IMG/VR virus record: IMGVR_UViG_3300049489_000321
Span: 32,001 to 96,000 of that record
Source of the DNA: a virus
Strand: one strand, 5' to 3'
Length of the DNA stretch: 64,000 nucleotides
This document shows positions 34,732 through 44,457 of the stretch, one piece after another. The notes below the pieces were generated by a model. It was not told where the DNA came from. It ran no database searches and saw only the letters and a program-made list of their open reading frames with translations. The position numbers and the translations under genes were made by a program. Position 1 is the stretch's first letter. Every line of letters starts with the position of its first letter.

Positions 34732-36158
34732 TGGCCTCACCTACTGAAATAACTATAGATTCAGACAATGACGAATACTCGCGGTTTGAGTCTGATAGAA
34801 AAATACTAGGTTATACGGTATCGGTAACGGGTACTTCGTTAACCAACGAACTCATTACTATTGAGCTTGTAAAGGCACGCAGGAACAGAGACGTTGTTGT
34901 TGCGTATAATACTCTTTCTTTAACCGAAGATACCGACGGTGTTTACAACGGCTCATTTGATTTAACAAAAGTTGTAGATATTCAAGAAATTTCAAAGGTT
35001 AGACGTGGAGAATATTTTCTTCGCGCTACCTCTGTTTCTGATGAAGACGTGGTTGGTGAAAGTTCTGATTTTAAAATAAGCTTAATTACTGTAAATAGAT
35101 TAAAGAACGACTATTTATTTGGAATTGATCTAAGAGCTGAGATGCTAGGTCCCCTTGAGCAGCCTAAAGTAATTACAGGTGTTACTATATTTGAAGTTTC
35201 AAAGGATCATACACAGGACTGGATTACTCTTGGTTACACGATAGCTAGTGATGGAGGCGGCGGATTCATTCGTACGCTGTCGTGGTGCGGTGGACCTCAA
35301 GTAAAGATTGTTTCTGGAACTCATAACTATGTATTGCGCAAAGGCAATTCTGCTGATTGGATTAGGGTTAAAGTAAGTTCGGTATTAGATCTTCCGTCAA
35401 GTTCGACAGTTGAGGACATTTTAATAACATCAAAAGAATTTGACGATAATAAATTTAGAACCATTATAGATCAATCTATATCCTGGCTTGAGGATATGGA
35501 GTTGTTTATTTTTCTAGAACCTACACTAGTTACGACGCAGCCAGATTTAGGAGTGGTGCCTAATGAAAGTAGCATACCAGTATTTGTTGGTGCTGACTGG
35601 GATGAGGTAGTTAACGCAGTCACCTATAAAGCTCCTTCTTCTGGACATTGGATAAATTTTCAGCTTCCGTATAAACCGTTAATTAGGTTTAATTCTTTAT
35701 ACGGAATTGTGTCGAGCGCTCGCGTATTAGACATGAATCTTGAGTGGGTAAAGACGCACGAACGGTCAGGGTTTGTTGAGCTAATGCCGTTTAACCAATC
35801 AAGCGCTTTTAACTTCTTAGGTCTTTCGTGGGTACAATCTATTAGAGGCGCGATAGATTTACCGAACTTTTGGAATTTTGAGGCGTTATGTGGTTTTCGT
35901 GATTTACCGCCTATTTTATTAGAAATTATTGCAAAAAAAGCTGCTATAGATATTCTAACGTTTGTTGGAACAGCGAAAAGAGCCGGTATCGCCAGCCAGT
36001 CCATCTCTCGTGATGGCGTGTCTGAAAGCGTGTCGTACACAGCGTCAGCAACGTCTACTATCTATTCTGCTACTATAGGTGAGTATAAAAAGTTTATAGA
36101 AGAGAACATAAGACACTTTAAGGGCGCTTTTAGTGGTGTTCGTATGACTGTTGTATAG
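34731..36158 (+). CDS. head-tail adaptor/neck protein
   Basis: C-term GIASQSISRDGVSESVSYTASA motif and position. Confidence 0.7.
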   Translation: MASPTEITIDSDNDEYSRFESDRKILGYTVSVTGTSLTNELITIELVKARRNRDVVVAYNTLSLTEDTDGVYNGSFDLTKVVDIQEISKVRRGEYFLRATSVSDEDVVGESSDFKISLITVNRLKNDYLFGIDLRAEMLGPLEQPKVITGVTIFEVSKDHTQDWITLGYTIASDGGGGFIRTLSWCGGPQVKIVSGTHNYVLRKGNSADWIRVKVSSVLDLPSSSTVEDILITSKEFDDNKFRTIIDQSISWLEDMELFIFLEPTLVTTQPDLGVVPNESSIPVFVGADWDEVVNAVTYKAPSSGHWINFQLPYKPLIRFNSLYGIVSSARVLDMNLEWVKTHERSGFVELMPFNQSSAFNFLGLSWVQSIRGAIDLPNFWNFEALCGFRDLPPILLEIIAKKAAIDILTFVGTAKRAGIASQSISRDGVSESVSYTASATSTIYSATIGEYKKFIEENIRHFKGAFSGVRMTVV

Positions 36159-36166
36159 GAGTACGT

Positions 36167-36496
36167 ATGTCTAGCAATAACGGGAATGGTATGCATTACG
36201 TTGTTTTCAGCGAAAAAGAAGAAATGACTGCTGAGGACCGCATTGAGAACGCTGTAGAAATTACTAAGAGAGTAAAAAGAGACAAAAATAATGACTGGAA
36301 AGCTTTAGCGGCTATTGTTGGAATATTTTTAACTTTTGGTGGAATAGTTTGGACAGGAGCTACGATGATGGCTAATAAAGCAAACAGCGCAGACGTAGTA
36401 AACCTAGATAGAACACTCTCGGAACTTAAAGTCGTTATTGAAAACATGAATAAGCAAATAGGCGAGATTAAAGACGAGATTAAAGGACGTAAGTAG
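36167..36496 (+). CDS. single-TM plus coiled-coil protein
   Basis: Hydrophobic segment then heptads; AGGAG RBS. Confidence 0.6.
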   Translation: MSSNNGNGMHYVVFSEKEEMTAEDRIENAVEITKRVKRDKNNDWKALAAIVGIFLTFGGIVWTGATMMANKANSADVVNLDRTLSELKVVIENMNKQIGEIKDEIKGRK

Positions 36497-36505
36497 AATA
36501 AAGCT

Positions 36506-37327
36506 ATGCCCGGTTCAAATAAAGGTCTTGGAGTTAAATTTACTCCTGGGTTACAGTCCGGGTTTATTAGTGAACGTGGAACAGAAATGATCCATGAGAT
36601 TTCTATTAAATGTACTTGTCTAGTTGGAGATATTTACGCTAAACAAACAAACGAAGGTAGAGACGGAAGACAAACGCCTTTTTGCGATCGTTGTGGTGGA
36701 TCCGGTTGGCTATATAGATCTCCTGTTTTACTAACCGGATTGGTTACAAACGTACGGTATCAAAAGAATTTAATAGAGTCTGGGTTTTTAACCCCAGGAG
36801 ACTTGACTTTTAGTCCTATGCCAACGGCTACGTCTACTGGCGGCGCATGCGCCGGTACTTCTGGCAGGCGCGTTGGTTCGTTCGATAAGCTAACGGCTAC
36901 CTGGCCAGAGCCTATAGACGATGGACACGTGCTTGTAAGAGGGGCTGGTACCAAGGCTAAGGCTGAGGGTATTACTACTTACTTGGCGGACAACGAAGAT
37001 CGTCTATGGTACGAACCAGCAGGGGCTATATGGTGCGAAGACGAAAACGGCGTTGTGTATACAGAAGACTCAGATTTTGAACTAGGGCCTGGTAAGGTTA
37101 TTAGGTGGACAGGAAATTCTCCTATCATTGGAACAAGATTTACTATAAAATATAATGCCTATTTTGAATGGATAGCGTTTCAACCACCCACAGAGCGGAT
37201 AGATTATCGTGGAGAGAATTTAGGCGAGTTAGTTTATTTACGAAAGAAACACGCTATGATGGTTAACGATAGTCCGTTCGCTACCAGCGAAGACAAAGAG
37301 AGTCTCCAGTCCAGGGTTAGGTGTTAA
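36506..37327 (+). CDS. head closure/neck protein
   Basis: C.C...C.RC.GSGW.Y motif and position. Confidence 0.65.
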   Translation: MPGSNKGLGVKFTPGLQSGFISERGTEMIHEISIKCTCLVGDIYAKQTNEGRDGRQTPFCDRCGGSGWLYRSPVLLTGLVTNVRYQKNLIESGFLTPGDLTFSPMPTATSTGGACAGTSGRRVGSFDKLTATWPEPIDDGHVLVRGAGTKAKAEGITTYLADNEDRLWYEPAGAIWCEDENGVVYTEDSDFELGPGKVIRWTGNSPIIGTRFTIKYNAYFEWIAFQPPTERIDYRGENLGELVYLRKKHAMMVNDSPFATSEDKESLQSRVRC

Positions 37328-37819
37328 ATGAACATAAAAACACCAACTATTTATATAAAAAGTGTAGGTCCTGAGGCTACGTTTGCTCATTTAGGCGAAG
37401 AGTTTGAGCGCGTCATAAATGAAGGTCTAGAGATTCTTGCTGAAGAAATTGAGTGGGAAATAAGAAGAAAAGCTGCTGGCGAGCTTAACGAGTCCAGGCA
37501 AGCGTATTTAGATGGCTTATCTGTGTTGTATACTGGTGGTAAGATTGAGGTTGTGGTTGACGGAGGACTTGCTGTGGCGGTAGAAAGCGGTTCTAAACCA
37601 CACGATATTAGCGCCGGTAGTCGATTTCAAAAGACGGTGTGGTTTAAACCGCCTAATAGGCATTTCCGCAACGTGTCAGGAAAGCCCACAGTCACCGGTA
37701 AAAACTGGATTCACCCTGGTATAAAGGCGCATGATTTCATAGGTAAAGTTGCCGATGACGTTGAAAATAGATTAGCTGGTGATATTTTTGATGAAGTTAT
37801 ACAAAGGATTAAAGTCTAA
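37328..37819 (+). CDS. tail completion/neck protein
   Basis: VE.G....D, FR.VS, WIHPG..A. Confidence 0.6.
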   Translation: MNIKTPTIYIKSVGPEATFAHLGEEFERVINEGLEILAEEIEWEIRRKAAGELNESRQAYLDGLSVLYTGGKIEVVVDGGLAVAVESGSKPHDISAGSRFQKTVWFKPPNRHFRNVSGKPTVTGKNWIHPGIKAHDFIGKVADDVENRLAGDIFDEVIQRIKV

Positions 37820-38833
37820 GTGTCTGTAATTCCTGAAATAATATTACAGACTATTATAAATAGAGGCATTAGAATGCTTCGTGAAGACACTAGATTTGTT
37901 GATCAATTGTTCAATAACAACAGTCAAAAAGACAAAGCTAGAATACGTAGTTTTGTAAAGAATAATACATTTGATTTAGCCATTAACTACCCTCGCACAG
38001 AACTGGCGTTACCAGCCATTGTTATTTTGCTTAAAAATGAATCAGAATCACAGGCTTATTTAGGCGATACCATGGGGTATGAACTGCCTGAGGAAATGTC
38101 TTATGACGATGAAATTGAAGATGTTTTGGGTGGAGAAAACACTGTTTCTAGTTCTGTGGGAAACGGTGGTATAGTCTATGGTCCGTTTTATATTTTAAGC
38201 GCTACAAACAACACTATTAAAGTCAGTGATAAGACGTTTGTTGTTGATGATTTCGTAGGAAAAGCGTATACTTTGAGAGTAGTTGGAGGCACAGGATCTG
38301 GCCAAGTAAGAAACATTACCGCTAACAGTAACAACTCAATTATGGTTGCAAGTAATTGGACTGTTAATCCTGATAACACTTCGATACTAGAAATACACAG
38401 ACCAGATCCAGACATTATAGGCGAACCGGACAAGCTGTACCCAAGAAGAAACGCGCCTAAGTTTCTAGAAAGAAAAGGAAGTTTATATACAAACAATTAC
38501 CAGCTTCAAGTTATAGCTGGATCTCAAGAAGATACGATTTATTTGTATACAATAGTAAAATCAATTATGACGCTTTCACGAACATTTTTAGAAAAACAAG
38601 GAATAATCAATCTTAAGATGAGTGGTTCTGACTTTTCGAACCGTCCTGATTATGTTCCTACTGTGGCGTACATGCGCACACTATCTATGCAGTTTGATGC
38701 CCCGTTTGAGGTATACGAACAAGAGTCAGAAGTAGCTACTAATTTCGTTATTTCTCTATACGATGAAGAAGACACTGAGGTGTCTCATATTGAATTAGAT
38801 GTTTCAACAGAACCAACTATTTCAGGACCATAA
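37820..38833 (+). CDS. tail terminator-like protein with inserted beta domain
   Basis: NYPR....LP.I.I.L..E.E...LG; position before sheath. Confidence 0.6.
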   Translation: MSVIPEIILQTIINRGIRMLREDTRFVDQLFNNNSQKDKARIRSFVKNNTFDLAINYPRTELALPAIVILLKNESESQAYLGDTMGYELPEEMSYDDEIEDVLGGENTVSSSVGNGGIVYGPFYILSATNNTIKVSDKTFVVDDFVGKAYTLRVVGGTGSGQVRNITANSNNSIMVASNWTVNPDNTSILEIHRPDPDIIGEPDKLYPRRNAPKFLERKGSLYTNNYQLQVIAGSQEDTIYLYTIVKSIMTLSRTFLEKQGIINLKMSGSDFSNRPDYVPTVAYMRTLSMQFDAPFEVYEQESEVATNFVISLYDEEDTEVSHIELDVSTEPTISGP

Positions 38834-38979
38834 TGTCAGACTATTTAATAACATTTGATAGATACTTTATAATGCTAAACAAACCCGCTCATCATAAGCG
38901 TGGCATGAAAGCTTATTTGAAAAGTATAAAAGGCAAAAGAACTAAAGAAGAATGGGATAACCTTTTTAAAGGATACTAA
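38833..38979 (+). CDS. 48-aa protein before sheath (not in ORF track)
   Basis: MSDYLITFDRYF...GMKAYLK...RTKEEWDNLFKGY; TAATG coupling. Confidence 0.6.
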   Translation: MSDYLITFDRYFIMLNKPAHHKRGMKAYLKSIKGKRTKEEWDNLFKGY

Positions 38980-38990
38980 AGGAGATTTAG

Positions 38991-41354
38991 ATGGCTAGAT
39001 CGTTTACATTTAATGGAAAAACTCGCTTAACACCTGGTGCTATAAGTAGAGTTACAACAAATAGTTTAACTGGAAGCGGCGGTACTAACGGCATAGTTTC
39101 ACTAATAGGTGAGGCGGACGGAGGAACGCCAGGAGAAGTACTTACCTTCGATGATCCAGACGAAGCTATCGAGCATTTCGGTTCAGGACCGCTAGCCGAC
39201 GCTGCTAGAATAGTTTTTGATCCATCTGCTGACCCAAGAGTCCCTGGTGGTGCTTTTAGAATCCTTTGTTATAAAGTAAACGCTGCAACACAAGCCAGCA
39301 CCACTCTTCCTTCTGAACAGGTTCTTCTAGGTACTACTCTTGATGGCGACTGCACTTCTACTGTTCTTAACTGGACAGGAGCACCTGTTTTAGCGGTAGA
39401 TTCCCGCATTGGTTCTTGGGTTATGGTGAATGGCGAAAAGCGCAGGATCGTATCGAACACTGCCGACAGCATTACTGTTTCACAGGCTTTCTCTACCACT
39501 CCTGCGTTAAACGACAACTTCTATGTTTTGTCAAACGCGCTAGAGATTACATCAATTGACTACGGCGCGCACACCAATCTTATCCGTGCCGAAGTAGAGC
39601 CTGGCGACGGAGATAACACCAGTGTAGTTACTATTAGTTACGACGAATCTACTGAACAATCAGGTGATTTAGGCGGTAACGCTGTTCTAGAGGTAATGTA
39701 CCTAGGCGGACCAGTACCTGATCAGGGAGATACTGGCCCTGCCGCGCAGGATGTTGTGGTTACGGCTGCGACTACTTCTACCGTATCCGCGACTTTTGTT
39801 GATGCTCCCGAACCTAACCAATACGATGGTTACGTTATTGAATTTGAAAGCGGACTTCGTAGATTAATTGCTAGCCACAATACCAGCACTTCCGCAGTGT
39901 TTACTCTTGATGGGGACACTCCTTTAACTGCTGGTGAAGCTGTAGCTGTAGTTGGCGAAACCATGACTATCCGCGCTGTAACTGCTGCAACTGCCTCAAT
40001 AGTCGGTAGCGGCGGCGTAGCAACAGGTTTTGAGACTGCAATTACGATGGAACCTGTTTCTGTTGCCGATGATCTTGATTTAGATTTTCTCCCAGATGAA
40101 ACATTAGCCGCCTTTATCACGCGCGTAAATGCTGGCGGAAAGTATCTGCTTGCGGCAGGTGAAGGTATTAATGCTAACACTACTTTAATGAAGGAGATGG
40201 ATTTTGGTACTCGCGCTACTGCTGTAGACGTTAGATTTGATCACACAATTGAATATGACGATAGAGGTACCTTCCGTGCTGATCTACAAGCCGTCGTTGA
40301 CTGGATTAACGATAACTCTTCAATCGTTACTTGCGAACGCCATGCAGTTGAAGGGTCGGAGTTACCCGCGTATACTGGTGGATCCGCGTCTATAGTTGAT
40401 GACGTTGCTACCTATTTAATTGGCGGTACTCGTGGTTCTTCAACCAACTCTGATTGGCAAGATGGTTTTGACGCCCTTCTAGAAGTACGGCACCAGCACT
40501 GCGCGCCTTTAATTAGCTATGATTTAGCTGATGATGGGCTGGGTTCAACTGCTACGTTTGCCTCCGTTGCCGCACAGGCCGCTTCTTTCGCGGATGCTGC
40601 TAATAGCGGTATGAATGCCGGTGCCGGTGAACTAGGTGTTTACCTTGGTATGGATGGTACTAAGACCGAACTTCTTGCTTTAACCAACGTCACTAATAAT
40701 CCGAACGTCCACGTTACAGGACAGAAGATGACTGTACTCGATCCCACAGGAACACTAGCGGAGAAGCCGGAATGGTCTGCGGCTGCTAACGCGGCTGGTA
40801 TGCGCGCCGGTATGCCCGATGTAGGCGAGTCACTTACCTTCAAGAAGGCCAAGTGCGTAGGAATTTCAAATGATCCAAGCTGGAGGACCAAGAGCGACAC
40901 GGATCGTAATGCGTTAGTTGAGGGCGGTGTCATGTTCCTAGAAGCGGCTCCAAATGGTGGTTTCCGCTGGGTTCGTGACTTAACTTCATACATTAGCGAT
41001 GACGACAACAATAACTACATTGATGGCGCTGTTCGTGACGCTACGCGTTACATAACATATGACCTTCGTTCTAGCGTCGAAGAACGCTTCACAGGCGAGG
41101 CGAGAGCGGCTACTGTTTCGTCAATCAGATCGTTCGTTTCAGAGAAATTGGACATATACTATAAGGCTGGAATTTTGGTTGACTCAAACGATCCAGAAGA
41201 TCCAAATAGCACCACAGTTATTCCTGGTTGGAGACGCCTAAAGGTTTCTATCGTCGGAAACACTGCAAATATTAAGGCTGAAGTATTTGTTATCAATTCT
41301 GTTGTATTCGAGGGAATTGATATTTCTGTACAAGTCCCGCAACTTGTTGGATAA
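38991..41354 (+). CDS. tail sheath protein
   Basis: FNG....PGA.S, IGEADGG.PG, FGSG.L.DA, ESLTFK, RWVRDLTSY. Confidence 0.9.
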   Translation: MARSFTFNGKTRLTPGAISRVTTNSLTGSGGTNGIVSLIGEADGGTPGEVLTFDDPDEAIEHFGSGPLADAARIVFDPSADPRVPGGAFRILCYKVNAATQASTTLPSEQVLLGTTLDGDCTSTVLNWTGAPVLAVDSRIGSWVMVNGEKRRIVSNTADSITVSQAFSTTPALNDNFYVLSNALEITSIDYGAHTNLIRAEVEPGDGDNTSVVTISYDESTEQSGDLGGNAVLEVMYLGGPVPDQGDTGPAAQDVVVTAATTSTVSATFVDAPEPNQYDGYVIEFESGLRRLIASHNTSTSAVFTLDGDTPLTAGEAVAVVGETMTIRAVTAATASIVGSGGVATGFETAITMEPVSVADDLDLDFLPDETLAAFITRVNAGGKYLLAAGEGINANTTLMKEMDFGTRATAVDVRFDHTIEYDDRGTFRADLQAVVDWINDNSSIVTCERHAVEGSELPAYTGGSASIVDDVATYLIGGTRGSSTNSDWQDGFDALLEVRHQHCAPLISYDLADDGLGSTATFASVAAQAASFADAANSGMNAGAGELGVYLGMDGTKTELLALTNVTNNPNVHVTGQKMTVLDPTGTLAEKPEWSAAANAAGMRAGMPDVGESLTFKKAKCVGISNDPSWRTKSDTDRNALVEGGVMFLEAAPNGGFRWVRDLTSYISDDDNNNYIDGAVRDATRYITYDLRSSVEERFTGEARAATVSSIRSFVSEKLDIYYKAGILVDSNDPEDPNSTTVIPGWRRLKVSIVGNTANIKAEVFVINSVVFEGIDISVQVPQLVG

Positions 41355-41378
41355 GCGTATAAACAAGGAGCGTAATCT

Positions 41379-41837
41379 GTGACAAAGTTACTTGATCCAT
41401 ACTTAGGGATGTTACCTCCTGAGGTTAGGAGAGTACTAGAAAACGACATAGGAGTAAGTGACACAGAACTCAAAGCTTCAATCGAAGAACTTGCAACAAT
41501 AGTTGCTGGCCTTGTAGAAGATGACAACAACGAAGACGCAGATCACGCCGCACTTCGGCAGTTGATACATTTTATAGACAACGGACCCGCAGAGGGCTTC
41601 GCTTCTGCGTATAGAGAAAACACAGGTGGAGCATTTCCTAGTTCTGTAATTTGGTGGACATCACCTGCTAAAGTATCAAAAATAGTTGAGAAAAACATAA
41701 CGTATACAGGAGCATTTCCAACGTCTTTTGAATGGAAGATGTACGACACAGACGGATCAACCGTACTTGCCGTCGTAACAGATACTATAACTTATAGTGG
41801 TGCTTTTGAGTCAAGTAGAACTAGAACAATAGGATAA
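41379..41837 (+). CDS. putative virion accessory protein
   Basis: AAGGAG RBS, GTG start; N-terminus similar to 44458 and 45958. Confidence 0.6.
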   Translation: MTKLLDPYLGMLPPEVRRVLENDIGVSDTELKASIEELATIVAGLVEDDNNEDADHAALRQLIHFIDNGPAEGFASAYRENTGGAFPSSVIWWTSPAKVSKIVEKNITYTGAFPTSFEWKMYDTDGSTVLAVVTDTITYSGAFESSRTRTIG

Positions 41838-41840
41838 ACA

Positions 41841-43298
41841 ATGAGCGACACCAATCCAGTATCAGTGTTACATGACTCTGACGGCGTTCCTATGGCTGTT
41901 GAGGATGGAGGAACCATACCTGCAGACACTAAGGCACTGTTGCTTGCTGGCAATGATGGCGGTACAGCTAATGTGGTTAAGGTAGATGCTGGCGGAAGCG
42001 TGGCGGTAGATGGATCCGGTGTTACACAACCTATCTCGGCGGTCGATCTTCCTCTACCTACAGGCGCTTCAACAGAAGCTACTTTAGCAGCTATTAAAGC
42101 TAAGACAGACAATATAGACGTTGCGCTAAGTACTCGTGCTGTTACCGGTCTTACAGACGCAGAATTACGTTCTTCTCCGGTAGACGTATACGGTCCACTA
42201 ACAGATGTTGAATTAAGAGCAACTCCTGTTGATGTGCTGGGTCCTTTAACAGACGCAGAACTAAGAGCCTCCGCAGTACCTGTGTCTGCAAGTTCGCTTC
42301 CGTTGCCCTCTGGAGCAGCGACAGCCGCTTTACAAACCCAGCCAGGCATAGACATCGGTGATGTTACTGTAAACAATGCTGCTGGGGTAGACGCGGTTAA
42401 TGTACAAGACGGTGGTAATAGTATAACCGTAGACGCACCAGTCGGAACACCAGTAGCAGTTAGGTTGAGTGACGGAAGTGCGTTTTATGACGGAACCAAA
42501 ACAGGACAGCTTCCTTCCGCACTAGTAGGTTCTAGACTAGATGTCAATGCTGGTGCCTGGCTAGGTTCTACTTCACCAACTGTAGGTCAAAAAACAAGCG
42601 CAGACTCAATACCGGTTGTTATATCGTCAGATCAGACCGGTGTTCAAGTACAAGGCACCGCTGCAAATGCCGCCGCTGCATCCGGCAATCCAATACAGGT
42701 TGGAGGCGTGGACTCTTCTGGAAACATACGTAGAGTTCTTACACAGATAGACGGATCTGTTCGTACTAAGGCGACAAATCACGCAACGTTTGCGGTTACA
42801 GCCAGCGATGCTGTGCTTGGTAACAATAAATCAATGATTTCCATAGTTAACGGAGTAGGGTCTACTGTGCTACTAAGATTAAGAGAAGTGTATCTAGTAA
42901 ACACACAAACTGCTAACGTTTCTGGAGTCATAGCTACTCTTGCACTGAGAAGAATAACAGGACACTCTGCCGGTACATCATTGACTCCGCTTCCGCACGA
43001 CACCGCTGATTCTCTAAACGTTAACGTTACTGCTATAACAGGGTCAACCGTAGCAGGAGAGGCGGCTGGGTTTTTAAAACGATGGGCTTTCAGTTCAGAC
43101 GAGTGGGGTTCTGGCGCGGCAGACGTAGAATCTTCTGCGCAAAATAATCAAACGTTGTTTCCTATACTTAACACAACCAACACCTCAATACGACCAGTTA
43201 CACTGCGTGCTGGTGAAGGAATTACCATTAAATGCGAAACGAATACAACAGCAGGACAGTTTGACGTGTTTGTTTTGTTTACACAGGAAAGTGAATAG
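41841..43298 (+). CDS. fibre-like virion protein with GPLTDAELRA repeats
   Basis: VDGSGVTQPIS, three GPLTD.ELRA.PV.V repeats, G/A/S/T/V-rich. Confidence 0.65.
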   Translation: MSDTNPVSVLHDSDGVPMAVEDGGTIPADTKALLLAGNDGGTANVVKVDAGGSVAVDGSGVTQPISAVDLPLPTGASTEATLAAIKAKTDNIDVALSTRAVTGLTDAELRSSPVDVYGPLTDVELRATPVDVLGPLTDAELRASAVPVSASSLPLPSGAATAALQTQPGIDIGDVTVNNAAGVDAVNVQDGGNSITVDAPVGTPVAVRLSDGSAFYDGTKTGQLPSALVGSRLDVNAGAWLGSTSPTVGQKTSADSIPVVISSDQTGVQVQGTAANAAAASGNPIQVGGVDSSGNIRRVLTQIDGSVRTKATNHATFAVTASDAVLGNNKSMISIVNGVGSTVLLRLREVYLVNTQTANVSGVIATLALRRITGHSAGTSLTPLPHDTADSLNVNVTAITGSTVAGEAAGFLKRWAFSSDEWGSGAADVESSAQNNQTLFPILNTTNTSIRPVTLRAGEGITIKCETNTTAGQFDVFVLFTQESE

Positions 43299-43300
43299 TT

Positions 43301-44176
43301 ATGGGCGCTCCAAAGACTTCTGACGGAAAACCGGTAGTTTCTATATTCCCCACAGAGGGATCAAGAAAAACACTAGTATCACACAATTGGTGTGATAAAA
43401 CTACGTGGTATCAAGAATCAACTAGGGTTGTAGACGAAATTCCAGACGCATTGACTCCTGGCGTTACTTATCAACTAGACAACCAGTTTGTGATAGACAC
43501 GTACCATGGAAAGCTATGGGCAGAAGATGATTTGCTTGATGCTGACGGCAACAGCTACAGGGTTTTAGTAGAGGTAGATTCTGGTTCTGGTTTTGAATCT
43601 AAAGAAGAAAGAGATCCACACGTTGGATCAGGTGGTGATTTCACGCTAGATTACGATACCGGTACCATTACATTTGACCCACCCATAGGGTTGACGGATG
43701 ATGTACGCGTAACTTACCACTATGCCGGTTCTTCTGTATTTACGATAAAACCTACTGAGGGCAAAGTACTGCTATTAAAAAGCGCAGAAGTACAATTCTC
43801 GACTGATGTGAATATGTTAGACACTGTTAAGTTTGTGGCTTATGGATACGTTGATGTATTTGCTCCTCAATTATCTTCTGCCAACGGAGGTCCAATACCA
43901 ACTGGAACCAAAATTCCAGTAAACACAACTACTTATAAGACTATGTATGATTTTCAAGCGGAATCTAACGGTGCCATGCCTACGATGCCAACGTTAGGCG
44001 GATCTGGTTGGAGAGGAATACAGCATAGTTTTGTTGTGTTTTCTTGGAACTACGCAGCTCTTTTAGCTTTGTATAGCAACTATGGAATGGAAGTTCGTAT
44101 ATATCTAGAACATGATGATGCTTTTACCGGAGAATTCGCAACAGCTACGGTTTATGCGTTAACTGAGGACGCGTAG
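43301..44176 (+). CDS. putative virion protein
   Basis: DFTLDYDTGTITF...V.VTY.Y beta module. Confidence 0.6.
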   Translation: MGAPKTSDGKPVVSIFPTEGSRKTLVSHNWCDKTTWYQESTRVVDEIPDALTPGVTYQLDNQFVIDTYHGKLWAEDDLLDADGNSYRVLVEVDSGSGFESKEERDPHVGSGGDFTLDYDTGTITFDPPIGLTDDVRVTYHYAGSSVFTIKPTEGKVLLLKSAEVQFSTDVNMLDTVKFVAYGYVDVFAPQLSSANGGPIPTGTKIPVNTTTYKTMYDFQAESNGAMPTMPTLGGSGWRGIQHSFVVFSWNYAALLALYSNYGMEVRIYLEHDDAFTGEFATATVYALTEDA

Positions 44177-44184
44177 TAACAACG

Positions 44185-44409
44185 ATGAGCCAAACATTAG
44201 TAACTATTTTTATGATTGCGTCATTGATAATTATTTCTGGCGTTGATGTTTACTTAGCCAACGACAATGTTAAAGGAAATACATACTCAGCAAAGATACG
44301 TGCTTGGAGTAGAATTTTTCCACCTTTAAAAATAGGAATATGTGTGTTTTTTGGAATGTTACTTGCCCATTGGTATTGGACTGTGGTAGAATACGTCAAC
44401 TGTAAATAA
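44185..44409 (+). CDS. two-TM membrane protein (holin-like)
   Basis: Two hydrophobic helices. Confidence 0.5.
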   Translation: MSQTLVTIFMIASLIIISGVDVYLANDNVKGNTYSAKIRAWSRIFPPLKIGICVFFGMLLAHWYWTVVEYVNCK

Positions 44410-44420
44410 TTTATCAACAA

Positions 44421-44438
44421 TATATATATATATATATA
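44421..44438. repeat. (TA)9 microsatellite immediately before RBS of 44458
   Basis: tatatatatatatatata-ggagaaac. Confidence 0.9.
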
Positions 44439-44457
44439 GGAGAAACAGACAAAAAAA

